DNA of 64,000 nucleotides, from contig OZ024743.1 in assembly GCA_964016885.1 (NCBI GenBank), positions 333,560,001 through 333,624,000 on the forward strand, given 5' to 3'. A model generated the notes under the pieces. The model saw only the letters and a program-made list of their open reading frames with translations, had not been told where the DNA came from and ran no database searches. Position numbers and translations under genes: made by a program. Positions 15,001 to 30,000 of the stretch are shown piece after piece. The stretch comes from Eledone cirrhosa (taxonomy: Eukaryota). How positions within the stretch are numbered: the first letter of the stretch is position 1; each line of letters starts with the position of its first letter.

Positions 15001-18000
15001 CCCAGCATGGCTGCAGTTTGATGACTGAAACCAGTAAAGAGTGTGGTGCCCCAGCATGGCTGCAGTTTGATGACTGAAACCAGTAAAGAGTGTAGTGCCC
15101 CAGCATGGCTGCAGTTTAATGACTGAAACCAGTAAAGAGTGTAGTGCCCCATCATAGCTGCAGTTTGATGACTGAAACCAGTAAAGAGTGTAGTGCCCCA
15201 GCATGGCTGCAGTTTGATGACTGAAACCAGTAAAGAGTGTAGTGCCCCATCATGGCTGCAGTTTAATGACTGAAACCAGTAAAGAGTGTAGTGCCCCAGC
15301 ATGGCTGCAGTTTGACGACTGAAACCAGTAAAGAGTGTAGTGCCCCAGCATGGCTTCAGTTTAATGACTGAAACCAGTAAAGAGTGTAGTGCCCCATCAT
15401 GGCTGCAGTTTGATGACTGAAACCAGTAAAGAGTGTGGTGCCCCAGCATGGCTGCAGTTTGATGACTGAAACCAGTAAAGAGTGTAGTGCCCCATCATGG
15501 CTGCAGTTTGATGACTGAAACCAGTAAAGAGTGTAGTGCCCCATCATGGCTGCAGTTTAATGACTGAAACCAGTAAAGAGTGTAGTGCCCCAGCATGGCT
15601 GCAGTTTGATGACTGAAACCAGTAAAGAGTGTAGTGCCCCAGCATGGCTGCAGTTTAATGACTGAAACCAGTAAAGAGTGTAGTGCCCCATCACGGCTGC
15701 AGTTTGATGACTGAAACCAGTAAAGAGTGTAGTGCCCCATCATGGCTGCAGTTTGATGACTGAAACCAGTAAAGAGTGTAGTGCCCCATCATGGCTGCAG
15801 TTTGATGACTGAAACCAGTAAAGAGTGTAGTGCCCCAGCATGGCTGCAGTTTGATGACTGAAACCAGTAAAGAGTGTAGTGCCCCATCATGGCTGCAGTT
15901 TAATGACTGAAACCAGTAAAGAGTGTAGTGCCCCATCATGGCTGCAGTTTGATGACTGAAACCAGTAAAGAGTGTAGTGCCCCAGCATGGCTGCAGTTTG
16001 ATGACTGAAACCAGTAAAGAGTGTAGTGCCCCATCATGGCTGCAGTTTAATGACTGAAACCAGTAAAGAGTGTAGTGCCCCAGCATGGCTGCAGTTTGAT
16101 GACTGAAACCAGTAAAGAGTGTAGTGCCCCATCATGGCTGCAGTTTAATGACTGAAACCAGTAAAGAGTGTAGTGCCCCATCATGGCTGCAGTTTGATGA
16201 CTGAAACCAGTAAAGAGTGTAGTGCCCCATCATGGCTGCAGTTTGATGACTGAAACCAGTAAAGAGTGTGGTGCCCCAGCATCGCTGCAGTTTAATGACT
16301 GAAACCAGTAAAGAGTGTAGTGCCCCATCATGGCTGCAGTTTTATGACTGAAACCAGTAAAGAGTGTGGTGCCCCAGCATGGCTGCAGTTTGATGACTGA
16401 AACCAGTAAAGAGTGTAGTGCCCCATCATGGCTGCAGTTTGATGACTGAAACCAGTAAAGAGTGTAGTGCCCCATGATGGCTGCAGTTTGATGACTGAAA
16501 CCAGTAAAGAGTGTGGTGCCCCAGCATGGCTGCAGTTTAATGACTGAAACCAGTAAAGAGTGTAGTGCCCCATCATGGCTGTAGTTTGATGACTGAAACC
16601 AGTAAAGAGTGTGGTGCCCCAGCATGGCTGCAGTTTAATGACTGAAACCTGTAAAGAGTGTAGTGCCCCAGCATGGCTGCAGTTTGATGACTGAAACCAG
16701 TAAAGAGTGTGGTGCCCCAGCATGGCTGCAGTTTAATGACTGAAACCAGTAAAGAGTGTAGTGCCCCATCATGGCTGCAGTTTGATGACTGAAACCAGTA
16801 AAGAGTGTGGTGCTCCAGCATGGCTGCAGTTTGATGACTGAAACCAGTAAAGAGTGTAGTGCCCCATCATGGCTGCAGTTTGATGACTGAAACCAGTAAA
16901 GAGTGTAGTGCCCCATCATGGCTGCAGTTTGATGACTGAAACCAGTAAAGAGTGTGGTGCCCCAGCATGGCTGCAGTTTAATGACTGAAACCAGTAAAGA
17001 GTGTAGTGCCCCATCATGGCTGCAGTTTGATGACTGAAACCAGTAAAGAGTGTAGCGCCCCATCATGGCTGCAGTTTGATGACTGAAACCAGTAAAGAGT
17101 GTGGTGCCCCAGCATGGCTGCAGTTTAATGACTGAAACCAGTAAAGAGTGTAGTGCCCCATCATGGCTGCAGTTTGATGACTGAAACCAGTAAAGAGTGT
17201 GGTGCCCCAGCATGGCTGCAGTTTAATGACTGAAACCAGTAAAGAGTGTAGTGCCCCAGCATGGCTGCAGTTTGATGACTGAAACCAGTAAAGAGTGTGG
17301 TGCTCCAGCATGGCTGCAGTTTGATGACTGAAACCAGTAAAGAGTGTAGTGCCCCATCATGGCTGCAGTTTGATGACTGAAACCAGTAAAGAGTGTAGTG
17401 CCCCATCATGGCTGCAGTTTGATGACTGAAACCAGTAAAGAGTGTGGTGCCCCAGCATGGCTGCAGTTTAATGACTGAAACCAGTAAAGAGTGTAGTGCC
17501 CCATCATGGCTGCAGTTTGATGACTGAAACCAGTAAAGAGTGTAGTGCCCCATCATGGCTGCAGTTTGATGACTGAAACCAGTAAAGAGTGTGGTGCCCC
17601 AGCATGGCTGCAGTTTAATGACTGAAACCAGTAAAGAGTGTGGTGCTCCAGCATGGCTGCAGTTTGATGACTGAAACCAGTAAAGAGTGTAGTGCCCCAT
17701 CATGGCTGCAGTTTGATTACTGAAACCAGTAAAGAGTGTAGTGCTCCATCATGGCTGCAGTTTGATGACTGAAACCAGTAAAGAGTGTAGTGCCCCAGCA
17801 TGGCTGCAGTTTGATGACTGAAACCAGTAAAGAGTGTGGTGCTCCAGCATGGCTGCAGTTTGATGACTGAAACCAGTAAAGAGTGTAGTGCCCCATCATG
17901 GCTGCAGTTTGATGACTGAAACCAGTAAAGAGTGTAGTGCCCCAGCATGGCTGCAGTTTGATGACTGAAACCAGTAAAGAGTGTAGTGCCCCAGCATGGC

Positions 18001-21000
18001 TGCAGTTTGATGACTGAAACCAGTAAAGAGTGTGGTGCCCCAGCATGGCTGCAGTTTGATGACTGAAACCAGTAAAGAGTGTGGTGCTCCAGCATGGCTG
18101 CAGTTTGATGACTGAAACCAGTAAAGAGTGTAGTGCCCCAGCATGGCTGCAGTTTGATGACTGAAACCAGTAAAGAGTGTGGTGCCCCAGCATGGCTGCA
18201 GTTTGATGACTGAAACCAGTAAAGAGTGTAGTGCCCCAGCATGGCTGCAGTTTAATGACTGAAACCAGTAAAGAGTGTAGTGCCCCATCATAGCTGCAGT
18301 TTGATGACTGAAACCAGTAAAGAGTGTAGTGCCCCAGCATGGCTGCAGTTTGATGACTGAAACCAGTAAAGAGTGTAGTGCCCCATCATGGCTGCAGTTT
18401 AATGACTGAAACCAGTAAAGAGTGTAGTGCCCCAGCATGGCTGCAGTTTGACGACTGAAACCAGTAAAGAGTGTAGTGCCCCAGCATGGCTTCAGTTTAA
18501 TGACTGAAACCAGTAAAGAGTGTAGTGCCCCATCATGGCTGCAGTTTGATGACTGAAACCAGTAAAGAGTGTGGTGCCCCAGCATGGCTGCAGTTTGATG
18601 ACTGAAACCAGTAAAGAGTGTAGTGCCCCATCATGGCTGCAGTTTGATGACTGAAACCAGTAAAGAGTGTAGTGCCCCATCATGGCTGCAGTTTAATGAC
18701 TGAAACCAGTAAAGAGTGTAGTGCCCCAGCATGGCTGCAGTTTGATGACTGAAACCAGTAAAGAGTGTAGTGCCCCAGCATGGCTGCAGTTTAATGACTG
18801 AAACCAGTAAAGAGTGTAGTGCCCCAGCATGGCTGCAGTTTGATGACTGAAACCAGTAAAGAGTGTGGTGCTCCAGCATGGCTGCAGTTTGATGACTGAA
18901 ACCAGTAAAGAGTGTAGTGCCCCATCATGGCTGCAGTTTGATGACTGAAACCAGTAAAGAGTGTAGTGCCCCATCATGGCTGCAGTTTGATGACTGAAAC
19001 CAGTAAAGAGTGTGGTGCTCCATCATGGCTGCAGTTTGATGACTGAAACCAGTAAAGAGTGTAGTGCCCCATCACGGCTGCAGTTTGATGACTGAAACCA
19101 GTAAAGAGTGTGGTGCCCCAGCATGGCTGCAGTTTAATGACTGAAACCAGTAAAGAGTGTAGTGCCCCATCATGGCTGCAGTTTGATGACTGAAACCAGT
19201 AAAGAGTGTGGTGCTCCAGCATGGCTGCAGTTTGATGACTGAAACCAGTAAAGAGTGTAGTGCCCCATCATGGCTGCAGTTTGATGACTGAAACCAGTAA
19301 AGAGTGTGGTGCTCCAGCATGGCTGCAGTTTGATGACTGAAACCAGTAAAGAGTGTAGTGCCCCATCATGGCTGCAGTTTGATGACTGAAACCAGTAAAG
19401 AGTGTAGTGCCCCATCATGGCTGCAGTTTGATGACTGAAACCAGTAAAGAGTGTGGTGCCCCAGCATGGCTGCAGTTTAATGACTGAAACCAGTAAAGAG
19501 TGTAGTGCCCCATCATGGCTGCAGTTTGATGACTGAAACCAGTAAAGAGTGTAGTGCCCCATCATGGCTGCAGTTTGATGACTGAAACCAGTAAAGAGTG
19601 TGGTGCCCCAGCATGGCTGCAGTTTAATGACTGAAACCAGTAAAGAGTGTAGTGCCCCATCATGGCTGCAGTTTGATGACTGAAACCAGTAAAGAGTGTG
19701 GTGCCCCAGCATGGCTGCAGTTTAATGACTGAAACCAGTAAAGAGTGTAGTGCCCCAGCATGGCTGCAGTTTGATGACTGAAACCAGTAAAGAGTGTGGT
19801 GCTCCAGCATGGCTGCAGTTTGATGACTGAAACCAGTAAAGAGTGTAGTGCCCCATCATGGCTGCAGTTTGATGACTGAAACCAGTAAAGAGTGTAGTGC
19901 CCCATCATGGCTGCAGTTTGATGACTGAAACCAGTAAAGAGTGTGGTGCCCCAGCATGGCTGCAGTTTAATGACTGAAACCAGTAAAGAGTGTAGTGCCC
20001 CATCATGGCTGCAGTTTGATGACTGAAACCAGTAAAGAGTGTAGTGCCCCATCATGGCTGCAGTTTGATGACTGAAACCAGTAAAGAGTGTGGTGCCCCA
20101 GCATGGCTGCAGTTTAATGACTGAAACCAGTAAAGAGTGTGGTGCTCCAGCATGGCTGCAGTTTGATGACTGAAACCAGTAAAGAGTGTAGTGCCCCATC
20201 ATGGCTGCAGTTTGATTACTGAAACCAGTAAAGAGTGTAGTGCTCCATCATGGCTGCAGTTTGATGACTGAAACCAGTAAAGAGTGTAGTGCCCCAGCAT
20301 GGCTGCAGTTTGATGACTGAAACCAGTAAAGAGTGTGGTGCTCCAGCATGGCTGCAGTTTGATGACTGAAACCAGTAAAGAGTGTAGTGCCCCATCATGG
20401 CTGCAGTTTGATGACTGAAACCAGTAAAGAGTGTAGTGCCCCAGCATGGCTGCAGTTTGATGACTGAAACCAGTAAAGAGTGTAGTGCCCCAGCATGGCT
20501 GCAGTTTGATGACTGAAACCAGTAAAGAGTGTGGTGCCCCAGCATGGCTGCAGTTTGATGACTGAAACCAGTAAAGAGTGTGGTGCTCCAGCATGGCTGC
20601 AGTTTGATGACTGAAACCAGTAAAGAGTGTAGTGCCCCAGCATGGCTGCAGTTTGATGACTGAAACCAGTAAAGAGTGTGGTGCCCCAGCATGGCTGCAG
20701 TTTGATGACTGAAACCAGTAAAGAGTGTAGTGCCCCAGCATGGCTGCAGTTTAATGACTGAAACCAGTAAAGAGTGTAGTGCCCCATCATAGCTGCAGTT
20801 TGATGACTGAAACCAGTAAAGAGTGTAGTGCCCCAGCATGGCTGCAGTTTGATGACTGAAACCAGTAAAGAGTGTAGTGCCCCATCATGGCTGCAGTTTA
20901 ATGACTGAAACCAGTAAAGAGTGTAGTGCCCCAGCATGGCTGCAGTTTGATGACTGAAACCAGTAAAGAGTGTAGTGCCCCAGCATGGCTTCAGTTTAAT

Positions 21001-24000
21001 GACTGAAACCAGTAAAGAGTGTAGTGCCCCATCATGGCTGCAGTTTGATGACTGAAACCAGTAAAGAGTGTGGTGCCCCAGCATGGCTGCAGTTTGATGA
21101 CTGAAACCAGTAAAGAGTGTAGTGCCCCATCATGGCTGCAGTTTGATGACTGAAACCAGTAAAGAGTGTAGTGCCCCATCATGGCTGCAGTTTAATGACT
21201 GAAACCAGTAAAGAGTGTAGTGCCCCAGCATGGCTGCAGTTTGATGACTGAAACCAGTAAAGAGTGTAGTGCCCCAGCATGGCTGCAGTTTAATGACTGA
21301 AACCAGTAAAGAGTGTAGTGCCCCAGCATGGCTGCAGTTTGATGACTGAAACCAGTAAAGAGTGTGGTGCTCCAGCATGGCTGCAGTTTGATGACTGAAA
21401 CCAGTAAAGAGTGTAGTGCCCCATCATGGCTGCAGTTTGATGACTGAAACCAGTAAAGAGTGTAGTGCCCCATCATGGCTGCAGTTTGATGACTGAAACC
21501 AGTAAAGAGTGTGGTGCTCCATCATGGCTGCAGTTTGATGACTGAAACCAGTAAAGAGTGTAGTGCCCCATCACGGCTGCAGTTTGATGACTGAAACCAG
21601 TAAAGAGTGTAGTGCCCCATCATGGCTGCAGTTTGATGACTGAAACCAGTAAAGAGTGTAGTGCCCCAGCATGGCTGCAGTTTGATGACTGAAACCAGTA
21701 AAGAGTGTAGTGCCCCATCATGGCTGCAGTTTAATGACTGAAACCAGTAAAGGGTGTAGTGCCCCAGCATGGCTGCAGTTTGATGACTGAAACCAGTAAA
21801 GAGTGTAGTGCCCCATCATGGCTGCAGTTTAATGACTGAAACCAGTAAAGAGTGTAGTGCCCCATCATGGCTGCAGTTTGATGACTGAAACCAGTAAAGA
21901 GTGTGGTGCCCCAGCATGGCTGCAGTTTAATGACTGAAACCAGTAAAGAGTGTAGTGCCCCATCATGGCTGCAGTTTTATGACTGAAACCAGTAAAGAGT
22001 GTGGTGCCCCAGCATGGCTGCAGTTTGATGACTGAAACCAGTAAAGAGTGTAGTGCCCCATCATGGCTGCAGTTTGATGACTGAAACCAGTAAAGAGTGT
22101 AGTGCCCCATGATGGCTGCAGTTTGATGACTGAAACCAGTAAAGAGTGTGGTGCCCCAGCATGGCTGCAGTTTAATGACTGAAACCAGTAAAGAGTGTAG
22201 TGCCCCATCATGGCTGCAGTTTGATGACTGAAACCAGTAAAGAGTGTAGTGCCCCATCATGGCTGCAGTTTGATGACTGAAACCAGTAAAGAGTGTGGTG
22301 CCCCAGCATGGCTGCAGTTTAATGACTGAAACCAGTAAAGAGTGTAGTGCCCCATCATGGCTGCAGTTTGATGACTGAAACCAGTAAAGAGTGTGGTGCC
22401 CCAGCATGGCTGCAGTTTAATGACTGAAACCAGTAAAGAGTGTAGTGCCCCAGCATGGCTGCAGTTTGATGACTGAAACCAGTAAAGAGTGTGGTGCTCC
22501 AGCATGGCTGCAGTTTGATGACTGAAACCAGTAAAGAGTGTAGTGCCCCATCATGGCTGCAGTTTGATGACTGAAACCAGTAAAGAGTGTAGTGCCCCAG
22601 CATGGCTGCAGTTTAATGACTGAAACCAGTAAAGAGTGTAGTGCCCCATCATGGCTGCAGTTTGATGACTGAAACCAGTAAAGAGTGTAGTGCCCCATCA
22701 TGGCTGCAGTTTGATTACTGAAACCAGTAAAGAGTGTAGTGCTCCATCATGGCTGCAGTTTGATGACTGAAACCAGTAAAGAGTGTAGTGCCCCAGCATG
22801 GCTGCAGTTTGATGACTGAAACCAGTAAAGAGTGTGGTGCTCCAGCATGGCTGCAGTTTGATGACTGAAACCAGTAAAGAGTGTAGTGCCCCATCATGGC
22901 TGCAGTTTGATGACTGAAACCAGTAAAGAGTGTAGTGCCCCAGCATGGCTGCAGTTTGATGACTGAAACCAGTAAAGAGTGTAGTGCCCCAGCATGGCTG
23001 CAGTTTGATGACTGAAACCAGTAAAGAGTGTGGTGCCCCAGCATGGCTGCAGTTTGATGACTGAAACCAGTAAAGAGTGTGGTGCTCCAGCATGGCTGCA
23101 GTTTGATGACTGAAACCAGTAAAGAGTGTAGTGCCCCAGCATGGCTGCAGTTTGATGACTGAAACCAGTAAAGAGTGTGGTGCCCCAGCATGGCTGCAGT
23201 TTGATGACTGAAACCAGTAAAGAGTGTAGTGCCCCAGCATGGCTGCAGTTTAATGACTGAAACCAGTAAAGAGTGTAGTGCCCCATCATAGCTGCAGTTT
23301 GATGACTGAAACCAGTAAAGAGTGTAGTGCCCCAGCATGGCTGCAGTTTGATGACTGAAACCAGTAAAGAGTGTAGTGCCCCAGCATGGCTTCAGTTTAA
23401 TGACTGAAACCAGTAAAGAGTGTAGTGCCCCATCATGGCTGCAGTTTGATGACTGAAACCAGTAAAGAGTGTGGTGCCCCAGCATGGCTGCAGTTTGATG
23501 ACTGAAACCAGTAAAGAGTGTAGTGCCCCATCATGGCTGCAGTTTGATGACTGAAACCAGTAAAGAGTGTAGTGCCCCATCATGGCTGCAGTTTAATGAC
23601 TGAAACCAGTAAAGAGTGTAGTGCCCCAGCATGGCTGCAGTTTGATGACTGAAACCAGTAAAGAGTGTAGTGCCCCAGCATGGCTGCAGTTTAATGACTG
23701 AAACCAGTAAAGAGTGTTATGCCCCAGCATGGCTGCAGTTTGATGACTGAAACCAGTAAAGAGTGTGGTGCTCCAGCATGGCTGCAGTTTGATGACTGAA
23801 ACCAGTAAAGAGTGTAGTGCCCCATCATGGCTGCAGTTTGATGACTGAAACCAGTAAAGAGTGTAGTGCCCCATCATGGCTGCAGTTTGATGACTGAAAC
23901 CAGTAAAGAGTGTGGTGCTCCATCATGGCTGCAGTTTGATGACTGAAACCAGTAAAGAGTGTAGTGCCCCATCACGGCTGCAGTTTGATGACTGAAACCA

Positions 24001-27000
24001 GTAAAGAGTGTAGTGCCCCATCATGGCTGCAGTTTGATGACTGAAACCAGTAAAGAGTGTAGTGCCCCAGCATGGCTGCAGTTTGATGACTGAAACCAGT
24101 AAAGAGTGTAGTGCCCCATCATGGCTGCAGTTTAATGACTGAAACCAGTAAAGAGTGTAGTGCCCCAGCATGGCTGCAGTTTGATGACTGAAACCAGTAA
24201 AGAGTGTAGTGCCCCATCATGGCTGCAGTTTAATGACTGAAACCAGTAAAGAGTGTAGTGCCCCATCATGGCTGCAGTTTGATGACTGAAACCAGTAAAG
24301 AGTGTAGTGCCCCATCATGGCTGCAGTTTGATGACTGAAACCAGTAAAGAGTGTGGTGCCCCAGCATGGCTGCAGTTTAATGACTGAAACCAGTAAAGAG
24401 TGTAGTGCCCCATCATGGCTGCAGTTTTATGACTGAAACCAGTAAAGAGTGTGGTGCCCCAGCATGGCTGCAGTTTAATGACTGAAACCAGTAAAGAGTG
24501 TAGTGCCCCATCATGGCTGCAGTTTTATGACTGAAACCAGTAAAGAGTGTGGTGCCCCAGCATGGCTGCAGTTTGATGACTGAAACCAGTAAAGAGTGTA
24601 GTGCCCCATCATGGCTGCAGTTTGATGACTGAAACCAGTAAAGAGTGTAGTGCCCCATCATGGCTGCAGTTTGATGACTGAAACCAGTAAAGAGTGTGGT
24701 GCCCCAGCATGGCTGCAGTTTAATGACTGAAACCAGTAAAGAGTGTAGTGCCCCATCATGGCTGCAGTTTTATGACTGAAACCAGTAAAGAGTGTGGTGC
24801 CCCAGCATGGCTGCAGTTTGATGACTGAAACCAGTAAAGAGTGTAGTGCCCCATCATGGCTGCAGTTTGATGACTGAAACCAGTAAAGAGTGTAGTGCCC
24901 CATGATGGCTGCAGTTTGATGACTGAAACCAGTAAAGAGTGTGGTGCCCCAGCATGGCTGCAGTTTAATGACTGAAACCAGTAAAGAGTGTAGTGCCCCA
25001 TCATGGCTGCAGTTTGATGACTGAAACCAGTAAAGAGTGTAGTGCCCCATCATGGCTGCAGTTTGATGACTGAAACCAGTAAAGAGTGTGGTGCCCCAGC
25101 ATGGCTGCAGTTTAATGACTGAAACCAGTAAAGAGTGTAGTGCCCCATCATGGCTGCAGTTTGATGACTGAAACCAGTAAAGAGTGTGGTGCCCCAGCAT
25201 GGCTGCAGTTTAATGACTGAAACCAGTAAAGAGTGTAGTGCCCCAGCATGGCTGCAGTTTGATGACTGAAACCAGTAAAGAGTGTGGTGCTCCAGCATGG
25301 CTGCAGTTTGATGACTGAAACCAGTAAAGAGTGTAGTGCCCCATCATGGCTGCAGTTTGATGACTGAAACCAGTAAAGAGTGTAGTGCCCCAGCATGGCT
25401 GCAGTTTAATGACTGAAACCAGTAAAGAGTGTAGTGCCCCATCATGGCTGCAGTTTGATGACTGAAACCAGTAAAGAGTGTAGTGCCCCATCATGGCTGC
25501 AGTTTGATGACTGAAACCAGTAAAGAGTGTGGTGCCCCAGCATGGCTGCAGTTTAATGACTGAAACCAGTAAAGAGTGTAGTGCCCCAGCATGGCTGCAG
25601 TTTGATGACTGAAACCAGTAAAGAGTGTGGTGCTCCAGCATGGCTGCAGTTTGATGACTGAAACCAGTAAAGAGTGTAGTGCCCCATCATGGCTGCAGTT
25701 TGATGACTGAAACCAGTAAAGAGTGTAGTGCCCCAGCATGGCTGCAGTTTAATGACTGAAACCAGTAAAGAGTGTAGTGCCCCATCATGGCTGCAGTTTG
25801 ATGACTGAAACCAGTAAAGAGTGTAGTGCCCCATCATGGCTGCAGTTTGATGACTGAAACCAGTAAAGAGTGTGGTGCCCCAGCATGGCTGCAGTTTAAT
25901 GACTGAAACCAGTAAAGAGTGTAGTGCCCCATCATGGCTGCAGTTTGATGACTGAAACCAGTAAAGAGTGTGGTGCCCCAGCATGGCTGCAGTTTAATGA
26001 CTGAAACCAGTAAAGAGTGTAGTGCCCCATCATGGCTGCAGTTTGATGACTGAAACCAGTAAAGAATGTGGTGCTCCAGCATGGCTGCAGTTTGATGACT
26101 GAAACCAGTAAAGAGTGTGGTGCTCCAGCATGGCTGCAGTTTGATGACTGAAACCAGTAAAGAGTGTAGTGCCCCATCATGGCTGCAGTTTGATGACTGA
26201 AACCAGTAAAGAGTGTAGTGCCCCAGCATGGCTGCAGTTTGATGACTGAAACCAGTAAAGAGTGTGGTGCTCCAGCATGGCTGCAGTTTGATGACTGAAA
26301 CCAGTAAAGAGTGTAGTGCCCCATCATGGCTGCAGTTTGATTACTGAAACCAGTAAAGAGTGTAGTGCTCCATCATGGCTGCAGTTTGATGACTGAAACC
26401 AGTAAAGAGTGTAGTGCCCCAGCATGGCTGCAGTTTGATGACTGAAACCAGTAAAGAGTGTAGTGCCCCAGCATGGCTGCAGTTTGATGACTGAAACCAG
26501 TAAAGAGTGTAGTGCCCCATCATGGCTGCAGTTTGATTACTGAAACCAGTAAAGAGTGTAGTGCTCCATCATGGCTGCAGTTTGATGACTGAAACCAGTA
26601 AAGAGTGTAGTGCCCCAGCATGGCTGCAGTTTGATGACTGAAACCAGTAAAGAGTGTGGTGCTCCAGCATGGCTGCAGTTTGATGACTGAAACCAGTAAA
26701 GAGTGTAGTGCCCCATCATGGCTGCAGTTTGATGACTGAAACCAGTAAAGAGTGTAGTGCCCCAGCATGGCTGCAGTTTGATGACTGAAACCAGTAAAGA
26801 GTGTAGTGCCCCAGCATGGCTGCAGTTTGATGACTGAAACCAGTAAAGAGTGTGGTGCCCCAGCATGGCTGCAGTTTGATGACTGAAACCAGTAAAGAGT
26901 GTGGTGCTCCAGCATGGCTGCAGTTTGATGACTGAAACCAGTAAAGAGTGTAGTGCCCCAGCATGGCTGCAGTTTGATGACTGAAACCAGTAAAGAGTGT

Positions 27001-30000
27001 GGTGCCCCAGCATGGCTGCAGTTTGATGACTGAAACCAGTAAAGAGTGTAGTGCCCCATCATGGCTGCAGTTTGATGACTGAAACCAGTAAAGAGTGTAG
27101 TGCCCCAGCATGGCTGCAGTTTGATGACTGAAACCAGTAAAGAGTGTGGTGCCCCAGCATGGCTGCAGTTTGATGACTGAAACCAGTAAAGAGTGTAGTG
27201 CCCCATCATAGCTGCAGTTTGATGACTGAAACCAGTAAAGAGTGTAGTGCCCCAGCATGGCTGCAGTTTGATGACTGAAACCAGTAAAGAGTGTAGTGCC
27301 CCATCATGGCTGCAGTTTAATGACTGAAACCAGTAAAGAGTGTAGTGCCCCAGCATGGCTGCAGTTTGATGACTGAAACCAGTAAAGAGTGTAGTGCCCC
27401 AGCATGGCTTCAGTTTAATGACTGAAACCAGTAAAGAGTGTAGTGCCCCATCATGGCTGCAGTTTGATGACTGAAACCAGTAAAGAGTGTGGTGCCCCAG
27501 CATGGCTGCAGTTTGATGACTGAAACCAGTAAAGAGTGTAGTGCCCCATCATGGCTGCAGTTTGATGACTGAAACCAGTAAAGAGTGTAGTGCCCCATCA
27601 TGGCTGCAGTTTAATGACTGAAACCAGTAAAGAGTGTAGTGCCCCAGCATGGCTGCAGTTTGATGACTGAAACCAGTAAAGAGTGTAGTGCTCCAGCATG
27701 GCTGCAGTTTGATGACTGAAACCAGTAAAGAGTGTAGTGCCCCAGCATGGCTGCAGTTTAATGACTGAAACCAGTAAAGAGTGTAGTGCCCCAGCATGGC
27801 TGCAGTTTGATGACTGAAACCAGTAAAGAGTGTGGTGCTCCAGCATGGCTGCAGTTTGATGACTGAAACCAGTAAAGAGTGTAGTGCCCCATCATGGCTG
27901 CAGTTTGATGACTGAAACCAGTAAAGAGTGTAGTGCCCCATCATGGCTGCAGTTTGATGACTGAAACCAGTAAAGAGTGTGGTGCCCCAGCATGGCTGCA
28001 GTTTGATGACTGAAACCAGTAAAGAGTGTAGTGCCCCATCATGGCTGCAGTTTGATGACTGAAACCAGTAAAGAGTGTAGTGCCCCATCATGGCTGCAGT
28101 TTGATGACTGAAACCAGTAAAGAGTGTAGTGCCCCATCATGGCTGCAGTTTGATGACTGAAACCAGTAAAGAGTGTGGTGCTCCATCATGGCTGCAGTTT
28201 GATGACTGAAACTAGTAAAGAGTGTAGTGCCCCATCACGGCTGCAGTTTGATGACTGAAACCAGTAAAGAGTGTAGTGCCCCATCATGGCTGCAGTTTGA
28301 TGACTGAAACCAGTAAAGAGTGTAGTGCCCCAGCATGGCTGCAGTTTGATGACTGAAACCAGTAAAGAGTGTAGTGCCCCAGCATGGCTGCAGTTTGATG
28401 ACTGAAACCAGTAAAGAGTGTAGTGCCCCATCATGGCTGCAGTTTGATTACTGAAACCAGTAAAGAGTGTAGTGCTCCATCATGGCTGCAGTTTGATGAC
28501 TGAAACCAGTAAAGAGTGTAGTGCCCCAGCATGGCTGCAGTTTGATGACTGAAACCAGTAAAGAGTGTGGTGCTCCAGCATGGCTGCAGTTTGATGACTG
28601 AAACCAGTAAAGAGTGTAGTGCCCCATCATGGCTGCAGTTTGATGACTGAAACCAGTAAAGAGTGTAGTGCCCCAGCATGCCTGCAGTTTGATGACTGAA
28701 ACCAGTAAAGAGTGTAGTGCCCCAGCATGGCTGCAGTTTGATGACTGAAACCAGTAAAGAGTGTGGTGCCCCAGCATGGCTGCAGTTTGATGACTGAAAC
28801 CAGTAAAGAGTGTGGTGCTCCAGCATGGCTGCAGTTTGATGACTGAAACCAGTAAAGAGTGTAGTGCCCCAGCATGGCTGCAGTTTGATGACTGAAACCA
28901 GTAAAGAGTGTGGTGCCCCAGCATGGCTGCAGTTTGATGACTGAAACAAGTAAAGAGTGTAGTGCCCCATCATAGCTGCAGTTTGATGACTGAAACCAGT
29001 AAAGAGTGTAGTGCCCCAGCATGGCTGCAGTTTGATGACTGAAACCAGTAAAGAGTGTGGTGCCCTAGCATGGCTGCAGTTTGATGACTGAAACCAGTAA
29101 AGAGTGTAGTGCCCCATCATAGCTGCAGTTTGATGACTGAAACCAGTAAAGAGTGTAGTGCCCCAGCATGGCTGCAGTTTGATGACTGAAACCAGTAAAG
29201 AGTGTAGTGCCCCATCATGGCTGCAGTTTAATGACTGAAACCAGTAAAGAGTGTAGTGCCCCAGCATGGCTGCAGTTTGATGACTGAAACCAGTAAAGAG
29301 TGTAGTGCCCCAGCATGGCTTCAGTTTAATGACTGAAACCAGTAAAGAGTGTAGTGCCCCATCATGGCTGCAGTTTGATGACTGAAACCAGTAAAGAGTG
29401 TGGTGCCCCAGCATGGCTGCAGTTTGATGACTGAAACCAGTAAAGAGTGTAGTGCCCCATCATGGCTGCAGTTTGATGACTGAAACCAGTAAAGAGTGTA
29501 GTGCCCCATCATGGCTGCAGTTTAATGACTGAAACCAGTAAAGAGTGTAGTGCCCCAGCATGGCTGCAGTTTGATGACTGAAACCAGTAAAGAGTGTAGT
29601 GCTCCAGCATGGCTGCAGTTTGATGACTGAAACCAGTAAAGAGTGTAGTGCCCCAGCATGGCTGCAGTTTAATGACTGAAACCAGTAAAGAGTGTAGTGC
29701 CCCAGCATGGCTGCAGTTTGATGACTGAAACCAGTAAAGAGTGTGGTGCTCCAGCATGGCTGCAGTTTGATGACTGAAACCAGTAAAGAGTGTAGTGCCC
29801 CATCATGGCTGCAGTTTGATGACTGAAACCAGTAAAGAGTGTAGTGCCCCATCATGGCTGCAGTTTGATGACTGAAACCAGTAAAGAGTGTGGTGCCCCA
29901 GCATGGCTGCAGTTTGATGACTGAAACCAGTAAAGAGTGTAGTGCCCCATCATGGCTGCAGTTTGATGACTGAAACCAGTAAAGAGTGTAGTGCCCCATC